A model generated the notes under the pieces. The model was not told the origin of the DNA. It did not search any database and saw nothing but the letters and a program-made list of their open reading frames with translations. Of a stretch of DNA of 58,173 nucleotides, positions 47,201 to 54,709 are shown in pieces. The translations under genes and the position numbers were made by a program. The DNA lies in the IMG/VR virus record IMGVR_UViG_3300036853_000164, positions 1-58,173 of that record; one strand, given 5' to 3'. Source of the stretch: a virus (lineage: Duplodnaviria > Caudoviricetes). Position 1 is the stretch's first letter. Each line of letters begins with the position of its first letter.

Positions 47201-47439
47201 CCGTCCACCAATCCCCGCCCCGCACTGCCCTCCACCTGTGCTCCGCCGTGGCCTGGGTGCCCGCCGGCGACGACCTCAACGACTGGCTCACGCTTGGGTG
47301 GGTGCAGCTTCCGCCCGAGGACTGGATCAGGATCGGGTGGGTGCCGGTGCATCTGTGCCTGTCCGCGGACGTGCGCAGCACGCTGGTCGGCTGGCCTTGT
47401 TTGTGTGAGGTGGCGGTGCCGGTGAGGAGGGTGGCGTGA
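47197..47439 (+). CDS. Hypothetical protein
   Basis: ATGA overlap. Confidence 0.5.
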   Translation: MTVHQSPPRTALHLCSAVAWVPAGDDLNDWLTLGWVQLPPEDWIRIGWVPVHLCLSADVRSTLVGWPCLCEVAVPVRRVA

Positions 47440-47677
47440 GCGGAATGATCTTTGGCACCACACTGGCACCCGGTGTCGAGGCTGGTGTACCGGCACCAGT
47501 GACGGCCGACCTCTCCATGCATTCCCGCGCACGGAGAAAAGGCCGACCGGTTAAATCTTGGTGGCAAGTTCGATGTGGCCGCCAAGTGATGCTGTCTCGC
47601 CACACACGCACACAAGTCATTGAACCGAAACACAAACAGATGTAGCGTTTCCGCTTCCCCTCGGGAGGGGCGCAATA

Positions 47678-48217
47678 TTGAAGTGGCACGCCATCCGCTC
47701 CACCCCCTCCGGCGAATTCCGCGCCATGCTCGGGATCGACTATGCTCGGATCGAGGTGTTCTTGCCGGTGGAAAAGATGTGGGGGCCCGAACGCAAGGGC
47801 CGCAAGACCAAGGTGCTTCGACCACTGATCCCGCGCTACCTATTTGCCCGGTTCGACGCCGGCCGCGACCTTACCAGGATCCTCGAGGTTGACGGTGTCG
47901 ACGATGTTCTGCGGATCGACGGCAAGCTCGGGTATGCCAACGAGGAGCTGGTCGCGGAGCTGAAGCGCTCCCAAGAGGTGGGCGGCTTTGATAGGACCGC
48001 TCGGCACCTGAACCTGACGGCCGGCGAGCGGCTAAAGATTGGCGACCGCCGGATAGGCGATATCGAGGGCCATTTCGAGAACTGGCGCGACGACCCTGCG
48101 GTTACGAAATTTGCCCGCAAGCTCAGGGCGACGCGCGCGAAAGATCGAATAAAGTTCGCCCTGGCCAACGGCATGATCATGAACGTGCCGGCGAACAAGG
48201 CGGAGAAGGCGGGGTGA
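47678..48217 (+). CDS. NusG/RfaH-like transcription antiterminator (late gene activator)
   Basis: 'WHAIRS', 'VFLP', 'RPLIPRYLFARF', 'DGV..VL'; last gene of the early operon. Confidence 0.8.
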   Translation: MKWHAIRSTPSGEFRAMLGIDYARIEVFLPVEKMWGPERKGRKTKVLRPLIPRYLFARFDAGRDLTRILEVDGVDDVLRIDGKLGYANEELVAELKRSQEVGGFDRTARHLNLTAGERLKIGDRRIGDIEGHFENWRDDPAVTKFARKLRATRAKDRIKFALANGMIMNVPANKAEKAG

Positions 48218-48410
48218 GGTACATTTAGGTATATTTAGGTAACAATCCGTCGCAATTGACGGCGGCCATGGAATTTGATTGTCTGTAGGGCAGCCGAGGA
48301 TAATGGTTGCGCCAACCGGGCAACTGACATCGGCTGCGGCCTCGACCACGGCCGGATCGGGTTGGGAAAAATTCTTGGCCCGGTAGGCTTGTCTCCAAAA
48401 TTTTCAGAAA
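48217..48410 (+). promoter_or_regulatory. Probable late promoter with phased 10-bp repeats and a structured leader
   Basis: AGGTACATTT/AGGTATATTT/AGGTAACAAT; TTGACG at 48256; stems 48290-48337 and 48356-48384. Confidence 0.5.
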
Positions 48411-48564
48411 TGCGTGACGCGACGCGGCGCTGAAATACTGTGCCGGGAATGCTCGCGCATGTCTCGCCGGCGCGCGCGGATGTACCGCCGCCGGCAGCCT
48501 CAAACTTCAGTCGTCCGAGTGCCCGATACCCCCCGTTGTCATGCGCTATCGGGAGGCAGTTTTA

Positions 48565-49509
48565 ATGCCCGACAACCTCCCGATCATCCATACCTCAGAG
48601 CTATCGCAAGCCACTGACGCAGCAAGGGAATTTCTCCAATCTTCGCGCGCAGACAACACGTTGCGCGCCTATCGCGCGGCCTGGGCGGACTTCGAATCAT
48701 TTTGCCGACGCTCTGGCCTTCAGTCCCTGCCCGCCGAGCCGCAAACAGTGGCGTTTTACCTCGCTTCCTTGCCAGGTCGCGGCCTCAAGGCCTCGACCAT
48801 CAAGTTGCGCCGCTCGGCGATCATGTACGCCCACCGGCCGACGGGGCAGAACCCGGTCGACCATCCCGGCGTCGCCCAAGTCCTTGATGGTATCCGGCGG
48901 ACGCTGGCTACGGCGCCGACCAAAAAGACCGCGCTCACCGTCCAGGTGCTCGAGCGAGTGCTGCGTAAGATCCCGGATGACCTCGCCGGCGTCCGCGATC
49001 GCGCCCTGCTCCTCGTGGGATTTGCGGCCGCGCTTCGGCGCTCCGAGCTCGCCGCCCTCGATGTCACCGACATCCAACGCCACCCGAAGGGGTTGGTGGT
49101 AAAAATCCGCCGGTCGAAAACCGATCAGCACGGCGAGGGTATGGTGAAGGTCATCCCGCGGGGCAAGCGCCTCCACGTCATCGAGGCGCTCGACGCCTGG
49201 ATTGCTGCCGGCAAGATCACGCACGGGCCCTTGTTTCGGTTAGCGCGCGGGATCACGGTCGGATCGAGCAGGATCACCGACGGCCAGATCGCCCGCGTGA
49301 TCAAGTGCCGTCTGCGCAGGGCGGGGTTCGACGCCCGCACCTATTCGGGCCATTCGCTGCGGTCCGGATTCATCACATCGGCAGCGGAAGCGGGCGCATC
49401 GCTCCAATCCATCGCTGATGTGGCCGGCCATGAGAAGTTGGACACCACGCGCGGATATGTGCAGGTGGCGGACGCTTTCCAGGATCATGCGGGGCGGAAG
49501 TTCCTCTAG
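48565..49509 (+). CDS. Cre-like tyrosine recombinase
   Basis: 'NTLRAY...W..F', 'RDRALLLVGF..ALRRSEL', 'RRSKTDQ', 'SGHSLRSGF', 'GH......GY'. Confidence 0.9.
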   Translation: MPDNLPIIHTSELSQATDAAREFLQSSRADNTLRAYRAAWADFESFCRRSGLQSLPAEPQTVAFYLASLPGRGLKASTIKLRRSAIMYAHRPTGQNPVDHPGVAQVLDGIRRTLATAPTKKTALTVQVLERVLRKIPDDLAGVRDRALLLVGFAAALRRSELAALDVTDIQRHPKGLVVKIRRSKTDQHGEGMVKVIPRGKRLHVIEALDAWIAAGKITHGPLFRLARGITVGSSRITDGQIARVIKCRLRRAGFDARTYSGHSLRSGFITSAAEAGASLQSIADVAGHEKLDTTRGYVQVADAFQDHAGRKFL

Positions 49510-49526
49510 AAAGCTTCTGTGATATA

Positions 49527-49576
49527 AAGCGGTCGGCAGCGCAAGCACCTGCAGGTTCGATTCCTGCCACCGGTTT
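49527..49576 (+). other. tRNA-like fragment (T-arm plus imperfect acceptor-like stem)
   Basis: GCAGG-TTCGATT-CCTGC at 49551-49567; no D or anticodon arm. Confidence 0.5.
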
Positions 49577-49621
49577 GACCGAGGGATTGGTATCCTTGCG
49601 CTGCTACCATTGTGAGGCAGC

Positions 49622-49729
49622 ATGCTTGAGCAGATCGGCACCGTCATCGGCGTTTTTGCCGCCATTACCGTCTTTTGGTTTATCTTTGTTCGGCCGCTTC
49701 CGTGCCCTCACTGCGGGCGACGCCCCTGA
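49622..49729 (+). CDS. 35-aa membrane peptide with CxxC
   Basis: MLEQIGTVIGVFAAITVFWFIFVRPLPCPHCGRRP*; GAGG RBS. Confidence 0.5.
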   Translation: MLEQIGTVIGVFAAITVFWFIFVRPLPCPHCGRRP

Positions 49730-49922
49730 GCATCTTGTGAGCGGCCCCGTCGCACTCGGGGCCTCGTCTCAGAGGGTCGTATGGTAGGGGCAACCCCTTC
49801 AATTTGCATCACCTCCTCTCGCTGATCTTTGACGGGTGCGCGCAAATATGATTTTCCTTGCTTACTTGGGCGGCTGGTGCATTGGGCGCCGCACGCCTTC
49901 ACAATACGCAAGGAGGGGCAAC

Positions 49923-50054
49923 ATGCCTCGCGGAATTCCTAATAAGACGAAAACCAAGCTGAAGGCGAAGACAGGCCTGCGCAGCGCGACTGCGGCGAAG
50001 CCGGCCCGCGCCAAGACGATGAAGAAGACGATGACCCGCCGGAAGGCGAAGTAA
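49923..50054 (+). CDS. Small Lys-rich basic protein
   Basis: AAGGAGG RBS; MPRGIPNKTKTKLKAK...RRKAK. Confidence 0.65.
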   Translation: MPRGIPNKTKTKLKAKTGLRSATAAKPARAKTMKKTMTRRKAK

Positions 50055-50130
50055 CCGATCGCGCGAGAGCGCGACGAGCGCGGTCCGGCTATATCCCCAC
50101 ACCCCCCACCCTGTCGGCCGCGCTCCCTAT

Positions 50131-50634
50131 TTGACCAAAACCCCCAAGACGAAATCAAAGCCAAAGCGAAAGCCGTGGCGCCCGACGATTTTCACGTCCG
50201 CGCTGGCTGATCGCATTTGCGAGCGCATTGCCGATGGCGAAAGCCTCCGGGCGATCTGCCGCGATGCGAAGATGCCGGGACGGACCGCGGTGCTCGGTTG
50301 GCTGCGCTCGAACCAGGACTTTGCGAGCCAGTACGCGCGCGCGAGAGAGGATCAGGCGGACCACTACGCCGAACAGGTGGTGGATATCGCCGACGCCGCC
50401 ACCATCAAGGGTGAGAAGGTTGCCCGCCTCCGGGTCGATGCCCGCAAGTGGGCGGCCGGCAAGCTCGCCCCCAAGAAATACGGCGACCGCGTCACCGCCG
50501 AGGTCTCCGGCCCCGACGGTGGCCCGATCGAGACCAAGGAACTCTCCGAGCTCGATGCCGTGCGCCGGATCAATTTCCTGCTGCGCAAGGCCGCCAGCGC
50601 GGCCCCCAGCGCCCCTCCGAAGGAGAAGCCATGA
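50131..50634 (+). CDS. terS: Terminase small subunit
   Basis: 'ICERIADGESLRAIC', 'YARARE', 'RLRVDARKW.A.KLAPKKYGD', 'GPDGGPI'. Confidence 0.9.
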   Translation: MTKTPKTKSKPKRKPWRPTIFTSALADRICERIADGESLRAICRDAKMPGRTAVLGWLRSNQDFASQYARAREDQADHYAEQVVDIADAATIKGEKVARLRVDARKWAAGKLAPKKYGDRVTAEVSGPDGGPIETKELSELDAVRRINFLLRKAASAAPSAPPKEKP

Positions 50635-51041
50635 GACTCCGTCCCATCCTGGCAACGGCCCTCCTGTCGCTCTGGGCGGCCCTGGCGCCGGCCCAGGCGC
50701 AGGAGCAGGTCAACGACGTCGTCTGCGGCTCGGCCGTCAACGGCTGCGTGCTGCTGGCCTCGCCTGGGCGGTTCTTCGGCGCCTATGCCGAGTGCACCTC
50801 GGCGTGCTGGTTGATGGTCTTCAACTCGACCACGATCCCCACCAACGGCGCCACGACGGCCGGCAAGGCCTCCGGCAACATGGTCGACTGCATCGACATT
50901 GCGGCCAACGGCAGCCGGTCGGTCAACTACATCTACAACCCGATCGTGTTGAATGTCGGGATCACCATCGCCATCAGCTCGACGGCGTGCGCCACGCTGA
51001 CCTTGAGTGCGGTGGCGTTCATTCACGGGACGGTGCAATGA
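50631..51041 (+). CDS. Signal-peptide beta-rich Cys-containing protein
   Basis: MRLRPILATALLSLWAALAPAQA-Q; six Cys. Confidence 0.75.
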   Translation: MRLRPILATALLSLWAALAPAQAQEQVNDVVCGSAVNGCVLLASPGRFFGAYAECTSACWLMVFNSTTIPTNGATTAGKASGNMVDCIDIAANGSRSVNYIYNPIVLNVGITIAISSTACATLTLSAVAFIHGTVQ

Positions 51042-52117
51042 AAGCCCTCGCGCTCTCGGCTCTTGCGCTCGCGCTGCTTGGTGCGCCGGCCTGTGCGCAG
51101 GTCGTCAGCGGCGGCGGCTCGTCCTCGCTCGTCATCGGCAACCCGGTAGTAGGTGGCGCCAACGGCTGCCTTGCCTATCAGAACGCATCAGGCAATATCG
51201 CCTGCGATGCCTCTGTCACGCGCGACGCAAACGGAAAGATCAACGTCCCGTCAGGACAGGGCTATTACTTTGGCACTGTCGGGCAGGGCATCGCCGGCAT
51301 GAATTCAACGGGCGCGGGCAACCTGTTTTTTCTAACCAATTCCGTAAATGCTGCGCAACTTGTCAACTCTGCCACTAACACCAATGAATGGAAGTGGCAG
51401 GGCAACGCGGTCACGCTGACAAACTTCGCCGCCGCCACGCTTCACATGGGGTCGGTTGACGCGGCGTCTCCGGTTGCTCAGACATTCGGCGTCCAGGGCG
51501 TGTCGACCGGCACAATGGACACGGCAGGGGCCAACTGGACGCATCAGGCATCGCAGAGCACGGGCTCTGGGGCAGGCGGGAGTTTCATCTTCCAGGTTTC
51601 CCCGGCGGGCGGCTCCGGAACGACGAAGAATGCATTTGCTACAGCTCTGACGATTGATTCAACTAAACTCGCCACCTTCGCGGGCAGCATCAGCGCGACG
51701 CTCGCATCTGCGACCGGCACCAACGCCGTTTGTAATACGCCTGGCACGTCGACCGCGTTGACGGTGCAGGTGTGGGCTACGGGTTGCGCGGCAAGTTCCG
51801 CGCGGTTCAAAGATGAGATTGCCGCGCTTGATCGGCAGAAGGCTCTCGAGATGGTGCTGAGGCTGCAACCGGTGTCGTATTTCTATAAGCCTGAATTCAA
51901 CATGGGTGCCGACAAGCACATCGGGTTCACGGCTGAGCAGGTCGCGACAGTCGATCCTTTCCTCGTCACCTTCGAGGACGATGGTGCGACCCCGCACGCA
52001 GTCAAATACAACGAGATGGCCCCGTTGTTCGCCGCAGCAATTCAGCAGTTGAAGGCTGAAATAGATGCGATTAAGGCCGCTAGGCCCGAAGTCGGTTCGA
52101 CGAAGGTAGCCCGGTAA
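51038..52117 (+). CDS. Signal-peptide tail-fibre-like protein with C-terminal S74 intramolecular chaperone
   Basis: MKALALSALALALLGAPACA-Q; 'SSARFKDEI..L.LQPVSY.YK..HIGFTAEQV..VKY...L..AIQQL'. Confidence 0.85.
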   Translation: MKALALSALALALLGAPACAQVVSGGGSSSLVIGNPVVGGANGCLAYQNASGNIACDASVTRDANGKINVPSGQGYYFGTVGQGIAGMNSTGAGNLFFLTNSVNAAQLVNSATNTNEWKWQGNAVTLTNFAAATLHMGSVDAASPVAQTFGVQGVSTGTMDTAGANWTHQASQSTGSGAGGSFIFQVSPAGGSGTTKNAFATALTIDSTKLATFAGSISATLASATGTNAVCNTPGTSTALTVQVWATGCAASSARFKDEIAALDRQKALEMVLRLQPVSYFYKPEFNMGADKHIGFTAEQVATVDPFLVTFEDDGATPHAVKYNEMAPLFAAAIQQLKAEIDAIKAARPEVGSTKVAR

Positions 52118-52119
52118 CC

Positions 52120-52455
52120 GTGGATTATGTTCTCCCCGTCCCGTGGGCGTCCGCGCATGTCACTGGCGTCAACTCTGTCGGCACCTCGCCGGTGCAGATC
52201 ATCCCAAGCAATTCGTGGCGGCGGGCGATCAAGTTCCATAACCCCGGCACGGTGACCGTGTACTGCTACCCATCCGAAGTCGGGGGATCGCCGTCTCTTT
52301 CTGCTCTTGGCGGCTGCTTCGTGATATTTCCAGGCAGTGAGGTGACTTTCTATGGCGGAGGCTCGGGCGCGGGAGGAGCTGTGACTGGGGCATGGTTCGC
52401 GTTTGCGGCGAGCGGCGGCGGCAATCCGCTGACGGTCATGGAGATGGTGTCCTGA
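52120..52455 (+). CDS. Small beta-sandwich virion-type protein
   Basis: 'VGTSPVQI.P.N..RR.I.FHNPG..TVY'. Confidence 0.65.
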   Translation: MDYVLPVPWASAHVTGVNSVGTSPVQIIPSNSWRRAIKFHNPGTVTVYCYPSEVGGSPSLSALGGCFVIFPGSEVTFYGGGSGAGGAVTGAWFAFAASGGGNPLTVMEMVS

Positions 52456-52457
52456 CG

Positions 52458-54098
52458 TTGCGATCGCTCGCGCTTGCTAGCGCCTTGTGGGTGCTGGTTC
52501 CCGGCGTGGCCGCGGCTCAGAACGAGGTCGGCCCGACCCCTCCATGTGGAGATGTTTCCAATCGATTGGCGACGACGGCATTTGCCCAATGTGCCGGGGG
52601 GGCGATCGTTCTCTACGCCACCAGTTTCTCTGGTGTGACCGCTGGCGAGCAGATATCGGCTTGTGTAGCGGCGCTCCCGGCGAGAGGCGGGATTTGTGAT
52701 GCACGGGGCGTCACGTCCGGAGCCACCATTCCCGCCATCACTCTGGCCAACAGCGGTGCCACGGTGCTCGGCCCTTGCGGGCTGATCACGGTGACCGGCA
52801 CAATCCAAATCTACAACCCAAGCGGAGTCCAGGGATTTCGGTGGCTCGGCTGCGGCGGCACCGTGAACAACACAGGGACGAGTTTTACATGGGCCGGAAA
52901 TGCGATCGATCCGTTGTTTAGAATTCGCGGGGTCAGAGATTCGGAGTTCTCTTACTTTGGGGTGAATTCGAGTATCAACGCCCCGCTGGCTACCGCTATC
53001 AGGCTGGAGACGGCGACCGGTACTACGTCCACCAGGCGAATTTTTCGCGACATCACCATCAACGGGACTAATTCCGCGGTCAACGGCCTGACGCTAGGGA
53101 TGCAATGGTGTACCGGGGACAATTGCGGGGGCGCCGGCGGAGACGCCAACAACGATATTGACTGGGTCGAAAACGCCACAGTCATCAACTACTTCAACAC
53201 CGCATTCTCCATCGAGGGGACACAAGTCAAGACAATTCAATTTGTCAATTCACAGTTTTCCAATGGTCAACGAGGCGTAGCTACAAATCAGGGTGTGATC
53301 CAGGCCGGAAGCTTTCGATGGAAGGGCGGTGGCGGCGGGAGCAACACGGTAGCTGATTTTGATCTCGGTGCTCCCACGGACACGATCGTAATCGAGGGGT
53401 GCAACACCGAGGGGTCCAATCGGCTCCTGAACATAGCAAACGCGACAAGCTCGACATTTCCAATTACCATCCTAGGGTGCAGATGGGCAGCTAACAATCT
53501 GAATGTAGACAACTTCGTGGTCAATTATCGGGATCACGGGCCGCTGAATCTGATTGGAAATAGCATCGAAGCCCCGGCGACTAGCCGGACACCTAAATTC
53601 CAAATCGATAACGGAGGAGGCGTTTCGGCAGGCAACGCGATTGGTAACAGCATCGCGTGGCAGACGAGCATAACGGTGGCGAGTCAGCCTTTTGTGTGCA
53701 CTCCAACACCCTGCTGGAACACGAAGGGCAACATTCTCACCAATAGCAGCAACGTCCCTCAATTCATGCTCTACGACTACAATGCGCCTGGAACTCTGCC
53801 GACCGGCAATACAGGAACATGCTCGACCGGGGTGACGGTTGCAGGGGATGCGAGGCGGGGCACATGGACATCGACAGCCGCCTGCGCCCTGACGACGGGC
53901 ACGATCATCCTGTCGGGCCTGCCTACTCAACCGACCGGCTATCTGTGCAGGATGAGCGATCAAACGACAGCTGGTGTCGTCATTGAGGAAACAGCATCAG
54001 GGACAACCTCCGTGACGTTCACGGTTCGGGCGCTTCCGACAGGAACCATTCAGGTCGCGGCCAATGACGTGCTGCAATATGAATGCTCGGGATACTGA
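52458..54098 (+). CDS. Signal-peptide tailspike-like beta-helix protein
   Basis: LRSLALASALWVLVPGVAAA-Q; 'SNRLATTAF' fibre motif; Asn/Gly/Thr-rich repeats; many Cys. Confidence 0.75.
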   Translation: MRSLALASALWVLVPGVAAAQNEVGPTPPCGDVSNRLATTAFAQCAGGAIVLYATSFSGVTAGEQISACVAALPARGGICDARGVTSGATIPAITLANSGATVLGPCGLITVTGTIQIYNPSGVQGFRWLGCGGTVNNTGTSFTWAGNAIDPLFRIRGVRDSEFSYFGVNSSINAPLATAIRLETATGTTSTRRIFRDITINGTNSAVNGLTLGMQWCTGDNCGGAGGDANNDIDWVENATVINYFNTAFSIEGTQVKTIQFVNSQFSNGQRGVATNQGVIQAGSFRWKGGGGGSNTVADFDLGAPTDTIVIEGCNTEGSNRLLNIANATSSTFPITILGCRWAANNLNVDNFVVNYRDHGPLNLIGNSIEAPATSRTPKFQIDNGGGVSAGNAIGNSIAWQTSITVASQPFVCTPTPCWNTKGNILTNSSNVPQFMLYDYNAPGTLPTGNTGTCSTGVTVAGDARRGTWTSTAACALTTGTIILSGLPTQPTGYLCRMSDQTTAGVVIEETASGTTSVTFTVRALPTGTIQVAANDVLQYECSGY

Positions 54099-54102
54099 GG
54101 CA

Positions 54103-54342
54103 ATGATACGCATCGCCGCTATTCTGCTCTGCCTTGCCACATCAGCCATCGCCCAACCAATGCCCGCCCTGGACCCAGCCATCCAGCTCGGCGTCTGCCG
54201 CCAGGACCGCTCCCGCTTCTTCCTCGAAAGTGAGCAGGCGCGCTCGTACGTGGAGCAGTATACAGCCGAAATCGCCGACCTGAAAAAGAAGCTCGCCGAG
54301 GCGGAGGCGAAGCTTTCCCTCGCCCCACCATCAAAGGAGTAA
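54103..54342 (+). CDS. Signal-peptide coiled-coil protein
   Basis: MIRIAAILLCLATSAIA-Q; C-terminal heptads. Confidence 0.7.
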   Translation: MIRIAAILLCLATSAIAQPMPALDPAIQLGVCRQDRSRFFLESEQARSYVEQYTAEIADLKKKLAEAEAKLSLAPPSKE

Positions 54343-54346
54343 CCCA

Positions 54347-54706
54347 ATGGCCCTCTCTGATCTGCGCGACAAGGTCCTTCTGTGGATGCACGGGCGCCGG
54401 CTCGGCATCGTCGGCGACGGGCAGAGTAGCGCCGTCCTCGTGCTCGATGGCAAGGCGGTCGGCTCGACGCGCTCCGGTCCGGCCGCAATTTCGCTGCTCG
54501 CGACCAGCGGGTCTGGCGCCGGCGCAGTGACGCTTACCGGGGCGGTTGCGGGCGACAATGTGGCAAAGGTGTACGATCAGAATGCGGCCAACTGGGCCGA
54601 TGTGACCTCGTCATTCGAGGGCACCATCACCGTCGCCAACCAGATTCAGCAAACCGCGTCGACTTCTGGTCATCAGATCATCGTCTATCTGCAGCCGCAG
54701 AGCTAA
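54347..54706 (+). CDS. Hypothetical virion-type protein
   Basis: AAGGAG RBS; 'LHGRRLG'-like N-terminus, beta-rich C-terminus. Confidence 0.7.
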   Translation: MALSDLRDKVLLWMHGRRLGIVGDGQSSAVLVLDGKAVGSTRSGPAAISLLATSGSGAGAVTLTGAVAGDNVAKVYDQNAANWADVTSSFEGTITVANQIQQTASTSGHQIIVYLQPQS

Positions 54707-54709
54707 ACC

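Noticed and set aside
48224-48243. CtrA box (TTAA-N7-TTAA)
   Set aside because: Best match TTTA-N7-TTAG has two mismatches; better explained as a 10-bp direct repeat
49527-49600. Functional tRNA gene
   Set aside because: No D arm or anticodon arm; kept only as a tRNA-like fragment
50228-51037. 629-aa ORF overlapping terS
   Set aside because: Arg/Pro-rich shadow frame; the real start is ATG 51038 with a signal peptide
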